Of a stretch of 64,000 nucleotides of DNA, positions 51,690-64,000 are shown piece by piece. Under the pieces are notes generated by a model. The model saw only the letters and a list, made by a program, of their open reading frames with translations, did not search any database and was not told the origin of the DNA. The DNA is from Octopus vulgaris. Taxonomy: Eukaryota. The stretch covers positions 106,888,001 through 106,952,000 of the forward strand of contig OX597814.1 of NCBI GenBank assembly GCA_951406725.2, written 5' to 3'. Each line of letters opens with the position of its first letter. Position 1 is the first letter of the stretch. A program made the translations under genes and the position numbers.

Positions 51690-54110
51690 CAAATCTATCA
51701 ACTCCTTCTAGTTTCTTCCCCTGGAGTGTGATAGAATCTATTTTCTAAGCATGTGTGGTGTTTATTGCCCCTGTGCATCTGCCACACATAAAGCTATCTT
51801 CTCAGTTAATCTTCCTTCAATGTTGCTGCACCTCTTATATATCCATAGCTTACACTGGGTACATCTTATGGAGTTTCTACCTACACCTTTTCTACAGATC
51901 GAGCAGGGCCACCTTCTTAAGTGGGTATGTGATGAGTTCGCCTTCCTACTTAATAGAACTTTGGTCTTTGCTACATTGGCTCTAAGGCCTTTTGATTCTA
52001 AACCTAGCTTCCACACCCAAAATTTCTTTTCTGGTTCCAGTAGTGATTCTGCTATGAGGGCCAGGTCATCAGCATAGAGGAGCTCCCAGGGGCAACCCGA
52101 ATTGAATTCCTGGAGGACTATGATGAATAAAAGGGGACTGAGGACTGAACCTTGATGGACCCCTACTTCTACTTGGAATTCTTCACTATACTCATTGCCA
52201 ATCCTAACCTTATTAATGGCCTCTCTGTATAGGACCAGTACAACCCTTATTAACCATTCATCAATCTCCAGTTTCCACATCACCCACCAGATAAGGGATC
52301 GGGGGACCCTGTCAAAGGTTTTCACCAAGTCCACAAAAGCTAAGTATAGGGATTTATCTTTAGCTAGGTATTTCTCCTGCAGTTGTCAAACCAGGAATAT
52401 GGCATCAGTGGTGCTTCTACCCGGCATAAAACCAAACTGCATCTCATCTAAGCAGACTCTCTCCCTAATGAGATGGGCTGTGACCCTCTCCATGACCTTC
52501 ATCACATGATCTAGCAGTTTGATACCCCTGTGGTTATTTCTATCTAGATCATCACCTTTACCCTTGTAGCAGTTGACTATAGTGCTGCTATGTCAGTCAT
52601 TGGGTATGACTCCATCATGAACTACCTGGTTTGCAATGCAGGTGACTAGGCCATAGCCCACACCACCAGATGTTTTAAGCATCTCAGCAGTGATTCCTGA
52701 TGGGCCAGGGCCTTTTCCTGGTTTCATACCCTTAATTGCTTTATCTACCAAGGAGCTGTCTATTTGGATAGCTGGTCCCTCTACTGGGTCAACATTTGGC
52801 AGGCTCTCCTCCTCCCATTCATTCTCCATGTACAGCAGTCTTTATTAATGGCTTCTTCAAGCCTCTTTCTTTTCAGAATCATTAAAAGCAAGTGCACCAT
52901 CATCCATACAGACACATTTCTCTCCTGTAACATCACAATTTTCTTTCACACATTGTCTTGCAATCTGAAATACTTCAGTTCATTGGTCCTCACGTCGCTG
53001 GACATTGGCAAACTTCTTCTTTTCCGCTTCATCCTTGGCTATGTATACCTGCCGCCCAGCCTCCCTTTTGGCTACCTGGTACAGTTCCCTGCTACTCCCA
53101 CCCATCCAGGCTTTCCAGGTCTGTTTCTTTTGCTCTAATGGCTTTTCTACCATACTATTCCACCACCATGTAACTCTAGGTCTAGAAGGGACTTTGCACC
53201 ATCTGCAGACTTGGTCTGTGGCACTCAGCAAGCTGTCCCATAGGAATTTCCAGCTACCTTCTATGTCCGATGTTTGTAGCTCCTCCTCCTTCTCACCAAA
53301 TTCTCTGACCATGTGAAGGATTCTTTAGCTTCCAAATCCTTCCTTTTTGGATTGGTCTGCTTCTTGGTATCCTTCAAGCCTAAAGTCACTAATGACTAGC
53401 CTATACTGGTGGTGGGTGGGGGGGTGCATTCTTCACCCTGGAGGGTCTTTGTATTTAAGAGCAACCCTGCGTCCTACTGTCTGGTGAAGATGAAATCAAT
53501 CTGGCTAGCAGAGTCCCCTGATTGATAGGTTATAAGGTGGCAGTCTGGCTTCCTGAAGTTAGTGTTGCAAATTAAAAGGTTACATGCATTACAAAACTCC
53601 AGTAGCCTAGTACCTTCATCATTCTGGGTGCTAATACCATGGTCCCCATGTACCCCAGTGAAGATACCAGATTCCCGCCCAACATGCCCATTAAAATCTC
53701 CAGCCACAAAGATGAGATCACTGCCAATCGTCTTTGAGGTAGCCTGTAGAAGAGTATCATAAAAGTGGTCCTTCTGATCATTTGGTAGCCCCGCATGTGG
53801 AGTGTAAGTGGAGATAATTGTAGCTGTGCTGTTCTACAGGACTAGCCTGAGCTTAAGCACTCTGTTGCATACCCTAAAAACCTCTATGACTTTATCCACC
53901 CATTTCTCCACAAGGAGTATGCCTACACCCCCTACACCATCCATGTTACCTTGCCAGAAGACTTTATACCTATGTGCCTTGCCTGTGAGGACCCTAGCTG
54001 AGGCTCCTCTCCATCTTACCTCTTGTATACAGCATACATCAACCCATCTCCTTTCAAGCACTACAATCTCACTAGGCCTACCTTTCAGTGTGCCAACTCT
54101 GAAAACTTGA
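51690..54110 (-). mobile_element. degraded RTE-clade LINE (APE endonuclease + reverse transcriptase)
   Basis: VDVCCIQEVRW, AGDFNGHVG, SQIDFI, GVHQGSVLSPLLF, LLYADDL across frameshifted ORFs. Confidence 0.9.
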
Positions 54111-54188
54111 AAAGGAATGTGGGGTGAGGTTTGGGGAGGAGAGATGTTATTCAGTGCCTGAAAAGAAGAAGAAGGTTGTTGTGGTTCG

Positions 54189-54241
<53 letters not shown>

Positions 54242-55935
54242 GCTTTATCTCCTATCCAAGAATTTATCTTCTTCTTTGCTGAATGCTTCCTCCTTTTTGG
54301 TGATAGCATTGATGACTCTGTTAACCAATTCTTATATAGAAGAGTTGATGGCATTGATTGCATGGCAATATCGGTGAAGGACAGGGTTGATTTTGTTGAG
54401 CCTCTCTCTCTTGTTGTTAAATTTTTTCCCTTTTCTCTTCTGGTGGCTTTGAAGTTTTGGGTTCCAATGGTGATGGAACACCATCACTTGGTATGTCTTG
54501 AGCTTGTGTTTCAAATGATTTAGGTTCAATTCCAGTGGCTTTCAGTGTTGCTTTGGTTGGTGCTTGTATCTTCAAAGAGGGCAACCCCAATTGTCTTTTT
54601 CTTGAAGTGAGCTCACTGAATAAGACTTGGAGTTGAAACCTTGACTCTTCCATTCCTGCTACATATCCTGACTATTGAAGATGGTGTTTCATGGTCAGTG
54701 ATTCAATACTTTGACTGTTGGCTCATTCCAGCTCACATAGTGTTCCCATTTGATGCTCAAGATTGAATGACACTTTAGTTGGCGAAAGCATTCTAAGTTT
54801 TGGATGTCACAACAATATAGAACAAGGTTGAAATGACACCAAGAGAAATTTCATAATGGAATACAAGGGTTCTGGAAAACATAACTCCGAGGTTTATTCC
54901 CCATAAATTCCAACGGTATATAACATGAAATTTCTTTGATATTTTCTACAAATTCGTGTTGTATGTGCATCACATAGATGTGTGTGGGTGTGTATCAAGA
55001 GAATTTGTAGGAAATTTGGCTTTTATTTCGGTACTCATATTTTTTGTAAATGCCCTTTCTAGATTTATTTTGTAAAGTGGAAAACAAAAACCAGTTTGGA
55101 AATTTCCAGCATTTTCAGTTGTATAAAAAAAATAAATAAAATTAACACTTTATTTTCGCTTTTTGCCAAAGAATATATAATACCTCTTTTTACTGTGGGA
55201 AATTTCTCTGAAATTTTATCGCCAAGAAACAAATCCGATCAGTTTGGGATTTTTGTCAAAACTCATTCCCACCCCTAGGAATAGCCTTTACCCCCCCCAA
55301 AAAAAAAATTTCCGATATAATCGACTTCTAGGCCATATGAAGCGTATATGTAAAAATATTTATTAAAAAAATATGTACGAAAAAGAGTCTGTGTGAGATT
55401 TGGCTGTTATTTCCTGCATGTGGATAGACTGCTTGAAGGCTTATTTAATGTATGGGTGCGCCCAGTTTTGATTTCGAAGTATTTAAAAAGTTATTTGGAA
55501 ATCATAAAGCGAAACGTCGTCCACCCATCACCACACCACTTCCAAAGTTTCGCTTTAGCATCGCACTCAACGCATGCGCAATAGCGAAAAGTGTTTCAAA
55601 ACTTCGTGTTTATACCGTAGACTGCGAGGAGAGGGGAGGGGTACTTTTTTGTTTTTTTTTGAAATTGAAATTTTCCAAAAATTTTTGGAATATTTTTTTC
55701 AGAATCGCATATTTTTGGAAAAACAAATCTGAAAAAAGTCAAAAAGGAAGAAATTGGCGGGGAGGTGGGGTATTGAAATTTCGAAATGCCGATTTTTGCC
55801 AATTTTTTAAAATTTCCATACCCGGAAACGGGAGTATTTCTTTAAGAGGGGGGAAGGAATGGGAGGGAACAAAAGAAAGTCTTTCCGTCATAAATCTGGA
55901 GGAGAAGCACATGGTAAGATGTAGAACAGTTAATA

Positions 55936-56062
55936 TTATAATGGGGGAGGCCGGTTTATGGGGTTACCCTGGGTTTCTCGCTCATAAGGGGTTTAGCCTT
56001 ACGGCGTATCTTCAGACCCCACACGTGTTTTGGCTGTCTGAAGATACGCCGTAAACCCCCAT

Positions 56063-56065
<3 letters not shown>
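55936..56065. repeat. short nested palindrome/MITE
   Basis: TATAATGGGGG...CCCCCATTATA with inner TTACGGCGTATCTTCAGAC hairpin. Confidence 0.55.
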
Positions 56066-56093
<28 letters not shown>

Positions 56094-56823
56094 AATTCAA
56101 GGATTTCTTATTCCCATTAGGAATTAAGAAATCAAACATTTCATTGGTTTATCTTTAAAAAAAACTGATACAAATAAATTAACTATGTATCTAATAATAA
56201 TGAAATTATTGTATACAGTGCTCAGGTGCGCCACAACTTGTCAAAAGTGTGTATAAAGCATATGCAGTAATTAATAAATGTTTGGAGAGTGAACAGTGTA
56301 TGAGTCAGATACATGCTTGAGAAAATCAAAATCAGGTGTAGTGTTGGCGGATCTCAGGAAGCATGGAAGTTTTGTGTCTAATTTCTTACATCTTTAATTT
56401 TACCTATAAATAAATAAATAAATATAATATATATATATATACAGAGAGAGAGAGAGAATTCGTTGAACATAACTTTGGATATACTCTCAAAGACTGAATG
56501 CCACAAAATGCCAATCCCTCGTCGGCCCTGATACAGCTTGTTTAAATTCCTCTTTGTGGATTTACTTAACTTCAGTTACAGGTGTTCGAAGCTTTTTATA
56601 ATGGGACGTTATTAGTAATTTTCGTTTTTCATTTTATTTTATTTTCCCCTGAAAGCCTTATTCACCTGTAGCAAAATTGTACATGAATAAAACCAATTCT
56701 TAAAATCTGCTTTTTGTGATTATTTCCATAAAGTTAGGAAACATTTAAAATATTTTTATGACAGATGGCGCGTTGATTTGTTTGCTTGTAATCAGCAGCA
56801 ATCACTGACCTATTATATTTCAG

Positions 56824-56866
56824 TTTACCTGTAGATTGTTACTTCCTGAGGACAGCGCCACAACAG
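56824..56866 (+). CDS. candidate small internal exon of unknown gene (phase 0 reads FTCRLLLPEDSATT)
   Basis: ATATTTCAG acceptor and CAG|GTAAGA donor in non-repeat sequence; could be UTR. Confidence 0.35.
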
Positions 56867-57350
56867 GTAAGATATCTTTTCTTGCTGTTCCTCTGAGTGA
56901 CCTAAATAATTAATTAAATAGGAAAATACAAGTTTGTTAGAAGAAAAAAAACTAACCCCGAGATATATATGTAATTTCCCAATCCAAGAAAATCTGATAA
57001 AAATGCCACAATATGTATATAAAAAGATATTTACGGTCATATTTTGTTTATTTTTTTCCTTATAAGTTACGCCTTGGGCAGGGCCACGACCTCACACTTT
57101 TATAATATGGCGTCGGGCACTAGACACTTGTTTGTTTGCTCTTTATACCTCCGTTTTTAGTTTGGTTCTTTGTCATATATTTATTATGTTATTTCTAAAT
57201 TAATTTAGAGTGTAGAAGCAATATGAAATTGATCTATATTTCAGCTCTCTAGCTCTTTGCCACTTTTTTAGGTGCGGTTGAGGTAACTTAATTGGGTCTA
57301 GTTTATTAATTACTAATATCTTGTCTTATCCGAGAATAACCAAAAGTTTT

Positions 57351-57402
<52 letters not shown>

Positions 57403-60322
57403 TATATGTGTGTGTGTGTTGTATGTGTGTATATATATATATATAGAGAGAGAGAGAAATTACAGTGGTCAAACATATGAGACGTAATGTCATAATGGCT
57501 TAATTCCAGTTTTAATTCAGTTACTAATTTAATAAGTGAATCGTAACTACGTCGATAGGTCGCGATTCGTAAATATATTTTCTCGTTAAAACACTTTAAA
57601 GTATCTGCAAACTTTGTCTTTATTTTGATATTTTAAATATCGGAACTTAAACCTACCTGTTGCCCTATTTCTGGGTTCAATCCCCCTCCTCCTACAAACA
57701 ACTTTTACGAAATTTAAAACCTTAAAATTGTCCTCTCACTTTTTAAATACATTTTTTTTTCTGCAGTTAAATATTTCTATGCCTCTCAATGATTCTCTCC
57801 TGTTCCGTTGGCCTGAAAACCTTTCGAAATTCTTTTTACTCTTTATTGTCGCAGTGACGAATTTAAAAATAAATAAAACATTTCCAGATTGTGTGTGTGT
57901 GCATGCGTATATGTAGTAGTGTTTTGTAAGTGTAACTGTGGTTGTTCTACAACTATAACAGAAGAGAACACTGTTTTTTGGTTGTGTAAATATTCAGTAT
58001 AAAGAGTTTATACACTTCCAAGCTTAGAATGTTCCTTTTCCGAGGACTTCGTATCCCCTTGGATGGATAATCTTCAGATGGATCTGACTGGCGAACGTAT
58101 AACACTCCATCACACACACACACCTATTGCCTCTCTGGGCATCAACACACTGAAGTTTTTTCATCTGGCTCCTGACTTAATAGAAGCCCACAAGATTATC
58201 CACCATCTTTCCAACACCAAATTTGACTACTTTTTTTCAAATTTAATATCTCAAATACTCGTAAGGCCGGTGAGCTGGCAGAATCGTTATCACACATAGC
58301 GGCATTTCTTCCGTCTTTACGTTCTGAGTTCGAATTCCGCAGAGGTCGACTTTGCCTTTCATCCTTTCGGGATCAATAAAAGAAGAACCAGTTTGAGCGC
58401 TGAGGTCAATGTAATTAACTAACTTTCTTCCTCCGAAATTGTTGGCCTTGTGCCAAAATTCGAAACCAATATTTCCACCATCTGTACTGACAGGGTCACC
58501 AAGTGGAGGCATTGGAGGAGGTGATGATAAAAAGGTTATTGTGACATAGATACAGGTGTCTTGCTGTAGAGGAAGTACAAGGTTACCTGGCCAGAGAGAG
58601 AAAGGTCAGGAAAGGATACAGAAAGAAGTGTGCTACCGCAAAGAAAATACATGGTTACCCAACCTGAGGGAACTGCAGGACAGCAGGATAAAGATGGTGG
58701 CAAAATGCTGGGCATACTCACAAGAAATGGGGATCAGAATATATATGAAATGGTTAAATAAAGGAAGAGAGAAATACAGATAGTGGCAAGTGCCAGGGCA
58801 AACCCTTGAGGTTCGAATGCCATAATGTAAGTTGCAGGATATTGTGAAAGGAGTGCAAGTGAGTGGTGAAAGACCTGGATATATATAGAGTTGGAGTGGC
58901 TACCAGATGGCAATGATACAGAGGAACAGGGCCATGAGGAGAGGATTGGGGAGTGAGAGGTAGGCATAGTGTATGAAGGAAGAAATGTGAATGAGAAGAG
59001 ATGTAGATTGGTTTGTTGGGGTAGGGTGAGAGAAAAGTTTTCTTGTTTTGTGTGGGTGGAACACCCAAGTTGAGGGCTAGCCAGATAGCAATAAGAGTGA
59101 AACAGGACATATGGGTATAATGCACAGATCAGGGACAAGTGGAGAGCAATGATACAGTGGCACAGGGCCAAGAGGACAGGAGTGGGAAATATCACAGTAC
59201 AGGAAGCAGAAATGTGAGGAAGAGAAGAGATGTTGGGTTTGTTGTTGTAGTGTGTGATAATATATATTCATTGAAAAGAATAAAATCAGTTAATATATGA
59301 GAATATGTGATGAAGAAAGTTGGTGTATGGTCATTGTCAACATTTTGCATCTACTTTTCTATGCTGGCATGGGTCAGAGGAGTTATGATCTGCATCACTA
59401 TTCAGTTACTGCTCTTCCAGATATATAGGAGACCATGGTTCACCCAATTGTAGATGGGTGTGAGTGAGCACTCTTGTATAACCAACGGTTTTACAGAGTG
59501 TATTTGGTAGATTTTACTGTGGCACTAATTCAAGAGAAGTTGCTTTATCTCCAGAGTTCTGTTAACTCTATGCTGTCTCTGTTGATTCATTGGAACCAAA
59601 AGCCAAGAAGACTGAAGGATAAGCTTTCTTCTCTTGGGATTGAGACAAGAGCCAGAGGGAGATGTGATAGGAGAAAGAGCCTCAAGATGGTTGCAGCGCA
59701 AGGAGATTGAATAGAAACAGCATTTGTGAGGGAGGTTTAAATGTAAATATTGAAATAGTGTGGAGGAGAAGACAGACAAGATGATGAGAGGGAGAAAGTG
59801 ATGAACGCCAGTAAGGCAGAGGTGGGACAGTGTGGTATGATGCTTGCTTTCCAACCACATGATATTGGCTTCAGTCCCACTGTGTGGAAATTCCAAGTTG
59901 ACCAAATCCTTGTGGATTTGAAAGACAGAACCTGAAAGCTCCTTGTTTGTCTGTGTGTCTTCCCCTTGACATTGTGCAAATGCTGTAGACAAGTGTTACC
60001 ATTATACAAGCACCGTCGTTTGTTTCCAATTGCCTGGCCATGAGCAAAATAATATCTTTCTTGGAAATTGGTGAGGATTGGCAACAGGAAGGACATTAGG
60101 TCTGTCTCCATGAATTCTCACACAAGCATCATTAAAACAGCAACAACAATGATGAAAACATTTTGAATGATTTTTATTTGAAAAACTTTATTTTTTCTTC
60201 TTGTTTTTGATCCATTAAGCTTTTCTTTCTATTAGACATCAGCCAAAGTTTAAATGCCTAAGTTAAATTTTAAAAAAAGCAAACCAATAACAGAATATTG
60301 CTAATTACCTATTATTTGTTTC

Positions 60323-60722
60323 AGTAGTAGTAGTGGTAATAAGAATATCATTGACATAGCAGCATGCCCCAGTGACAACAGGATCAATGTGAAAGAAGAA
60401 GAAAAAATAAACAATTATAACGATTTAAAGTAGGAAATACAAATGTTGTGGTCAGTGAAGAGAATAGTTGTGATACCAATAGTAATTGGTGCACTTTGGA
60501 AGTATCAGCACTCAACTACCGTCATGGCTGTAAAAGTTGGTATAAGTGTGAAGGTAGAACATCTACAAAAATCAGCATTGCTTGGAACTGCAAGAATTCT
60601 TCGCAGGTTTCTTGAAGCATGACCAGTAAACAAGTGTCACCCTCATCTGCTGGCTCTGGACAGCTGACACTTTCCCTCATACCCAGCAAAATAAGCTGTG
60701 AGATTTCATATGATAATAATAA
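60323..60722 (+). mobile_element. RLE-type (R4/Dong-like) 3' fragment; another at ~61780-62066
   Basis: IIDIA..P.D...KEEEK...IPIVIGAL...LQKSALLGTARILR; ends in (TAA)n. Confidence 0.65.
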
Positions 60723-60923
60723 TCTTTCCTACTATAGGCATGAGGCTTAAAATTGGTGGTAGTGGTGGGATTAATCAATTACGTTGACCCCAGTACACAA
60801 CTGGTACTTATTTTATCAATCCCAAAAGGATTAAAGGCAAAGATAACCTTTGCAGAATTTGAGCTCAGAACATAAAGACAGATAAAATGCAGTCAAGCAT
60901 TTTGCCCCGTGTACTAACATTTT

Positions 60924-61718
60924 GGATCTTTTCCTTTTGAACAGCAGATTTCAACACAATTTCTAGTTAACTAAACACTTTAAAACTTCGTATACTGGTA
61001 GAATGTGTCAAAAGAAAACATTATTTTCACTTGGCTTTCTTGATAAATTTGTAATTCGTTTGTTTAACGTAGTTTAATTTTTCGAATTTTAACCAATCCT
61101 TTGCTGCGTCTAAAACTGAGACAACATCCTGTAACTAACCCTACCCCCCCCCAACCCTAACCATAACTTTTTTTTTCTTAATTGTTACGCGTGTAAAAAA
61201 AACTAAAGCAATGGAAAATAATTTAAACAATTAACATACAAAATAATTCTATAATTTTATACATACGCTTTCCGTATACGTACGGAAAGCGTGTGTATAA
61301 AATTATAGAATTATTTTGTATGTTAATTGTTTAAATTATTTTACGGAAAGCGTATGTATAAAATTATAGAATTATTTTGTATGTTAATTGTTTAAATTAT
61401 TTTCCATTGCTTTAGTTTTTTTTACACGCGTAACAATTAAGAAAAAATGATTTAGGGTGAGAGGGAGGGTTAGTTACAGGATGTTGTCTCAGTTTTAGAC
61501 GCAGCAAATGTTGTTTACCTAAATGGAGGTAATCGATTGGTTAAAATTGCTGAAATGCTCGGATTTTCAGACGAAATATCTTACAAACTATAGAATTTTC
61601 TCAATAAAACCAAGAGAAAATGATGTTTTATAAATACATTCTACCAGTATACAAAGTTTAAAAGTGTTTAGTTAACTAGAAATTGTGTTGACATCTGCCG
61701 TTCAAAAGGAAAAGATCC
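60924..61718. mobile_element. Merlin-like foldback MITE inserted in a SINE
   Basis: TIRs GGATCTTTTCCTTTTGAAC; degenerate 8-bp TSD aacatttt/gacatttc; internal palindrome ~61102-61507. Confidence 0.75.
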
Positions 61719-62799
61719 GACATTTCTACTAGTTCATCGCCTTAGTAGTAGTAATAATATTAATAATAAATCACTAAGATGTGGCAGCTGTGAAAGTCGA
61801 ACGTAAAGTTTATCCCTATTGTCATTGGAGCTTTGGGTTCAATACAACCCAATCTGAAAAAACATCTGAGAACCTTAGAAATACCTTACAATCTAGATGT
61901 ATTGCAAAAGTCGGCATTACTTGGAACTGCACACATATTGCATAAAGTATTCTTTGTCTGAGGTCCTTGTTGTGACTTGACAAACAGTTCAATACCTGGT
62001 AGACACAATATCTACAATCAACAACCTCACGATATTGTATACTGTGCGACGTCTATAATAATAATAATCTATTCTTGACTTCTCTACTTTCTTATTTGTT
62101 TTCACTCTGATAGAAATTCTTCTTGTTTCTATAGATACCAAGATGTTGCGTGCCCTCATATGTGCAGCTTTATTTAGTTTTGCATTGTCTGTTGACATGG
62201 AAACAATTCTTTCAAACAGCAATGGCTATAAACTGGATACAAAAGTGTAAGTATTTTCACCGTTTTTATATATCACAAAATGTCAGTACAAAAAATATTC
62301 AGGCTTTTCTAAATTCTTCCAGACTTAATATTGATAATTATATTTTTCTGTGGCTGAGTTTTTCTTGTTATTTTGATGACAGCTGGTGAAGCTGTGAGGC
62401 CTTGAGGTTAGGGGTGTTGAGCTTCCAATCATAGTTGTGGGTTCAAATTCTGAACCAGGTAGCTCGTTATGTTCTTGAGCAAAGCACTTCAAAAGAAGCC
62501 TATTTGTGTGTGTGTGTTTGTGTCTCTTTGTCTTGACATTGCATGTGATAGTTGTAAAGCAGTGTTGTTCATTTCAAATATTTTGCAAAATCAGGTGCTT
62601 GGAAACAGATGAGGGTTGACTACAGGAAGGGCATCCAGCTGTAGAAAATCTGTCTCAACAAACTCAACCTGATCCATGCAGGAATGGAAAGGTGGGCATC
62701 AAAAAGAGGATGTGGTCAGACAGATGTTCATATATGGCTTATAAAGAATATTCAAGTGATGTATGAAGAAGCTGGAAAGAAAATTACAATTAATATTAA

Positions 62800-63141
62800 G
62801 GAGATGTACTCGCATAGCAAGTAATTTGATCTGAGATCGTGTGCTGAAACGAAAACAATTGCAGCGTGGAAGGTGTTTATAAGCCATTTAAGAAACACAC
62901 AAAAGCCGTTCGATTCACTTCAACATTTAAGTTTAATTTGTCAAAATATTTTCGTCGCTAAAATCCGCGACCTGTTCACTGACAAAAATCCGTGAGATGC
63001 AGCACGGATTTTTGTCAGTGAACAGGTCGCAGATTTTAGCGACGAAAATATTTTGACAAATTAAACTTAAATGTTGAAGTGAATCGAACGGCTTTTGTGT
63101 GTTTCTTAAATGGCTTATAAACACCTTCCACGCTGCAATTG
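62800..63141. mobile_element. insertion with near-perfect 286-bp palindrome and 12-bp TSD (Penelope-like inverted terminus)
   Basis: palindrome 62856-63141 with 8-nt loop; AATTAATATTAA on both sides. Confidence 0.65.
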
Positions 63142-64000
63142 AATTAATATTAAATTATATGAAAAAACTTTTAGTATTTGGATGGGTATTCACCAAGGGG
63201 CTGTTCTTAGTCCTGCATTATTCATTGTAGCTTTTGAGGCAATATGAGAGATTGGAAGTCAGTATTCTTGGCAATTTTTGCATTCTGTTGATGTATAAGA
63301 TATGAGGAAGTGAAAGAAAATCAATAACAGAACTGAACAGTAATTCAGTAGAAAGATCAATCACATCTGCTTAAATTAATAAGGGTGTGTTGGGGGGAGG
63401 GGGCTGGTAGCTAAATTACTGATTGGTTCATTTTCTGTTAAGAGTATTCACTTTTTCCATGTTTTCGTGGGTCAAACAGAATTAATTTAAACAGATTTTC
63501 TATAGCTGGATGCCCTTTCTGTGTCCAACACTCACCTGTTTCCAGACAAGGTAATATTTCCCCAAGGCTGGGCATATTTTCATGAATACAGTTGGAAATG
63601 AACAACGCTGCTTGTATGGTGATGCTCATTTATGACCATTATGCAACGTCAACACAAGGCAACACACACACACACATCTATTGATATGATGGACATCTTT
63701 CAGTTTCTCTCTATCCAATCCACTGACAAGGTTTGGTAAGCCTTGGGCTATAGGTGAATGCATTTTCCCTTGGTGCCATGCAGTGAGGATGAACCTGAGA
63801 CTATCATCATATGTTTGTTTTCCATGCTGGCATGGGTTGGACAGCTTGACATGGAGCTGGTCAGCCAAAGAGCTGCCTGGACCCCATGTCCATTTTGGTA
63901 TGGTTTCTATGGCTGGATGCCCTTGAAATGAATTTGTTAACTACAAGGACAGTTGTGTGAAAAAGTGTCACACCCTAACAGTGGAAGGAACCTGTAGAAG

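Overview
Eukaryotic, AT-rich, repeat-dominated genomic DNA. The SINE, RTE-tail and microsatellite content resembles a coleoid cephalopod (Octopus-like); this is an inference. Host genes: a complete 4-exon UBL4A on the minus strand (49188->33182, 146 aa) and an orphan first coding exon of APEX2 (25615->25501). A possible divergent gene starts with an ATG-only exon at 49347. A 100-N scaffold gap lies at 22948-23047. Most of the remainder is mobile DNA: mariner DD34D and rosa-type DD41D fossils, Merlin-like foldback MITEs (GG..CC ends, 8-bp TSD), piggyBac/hAT/Tigger MITEs, a Helitron, RTE and R4/Dong-type LINE fragments, tRNA-SINEs and Penelope-type repeats with hammerhead ribozymes. Three highlights. 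(1) A head-to-tail array (8454-15483) of ~1.67-kb retroelements encodes only a CCHC zinc-knuckle ORF1, has no RT, and shares its 3' tail with a tRNA-SINE. (2) One copy carries ~51 one-directional A->G (sense) changes in ~480 bp with an ADAR-like neighbour bias, apparently a hyper-edited RNA written back into the genome. (3) Two tandem hammerheads lie 247 nt apart, a retrozyme-like unit. All counts and alignments were done by eye and should be confirmed computationally.
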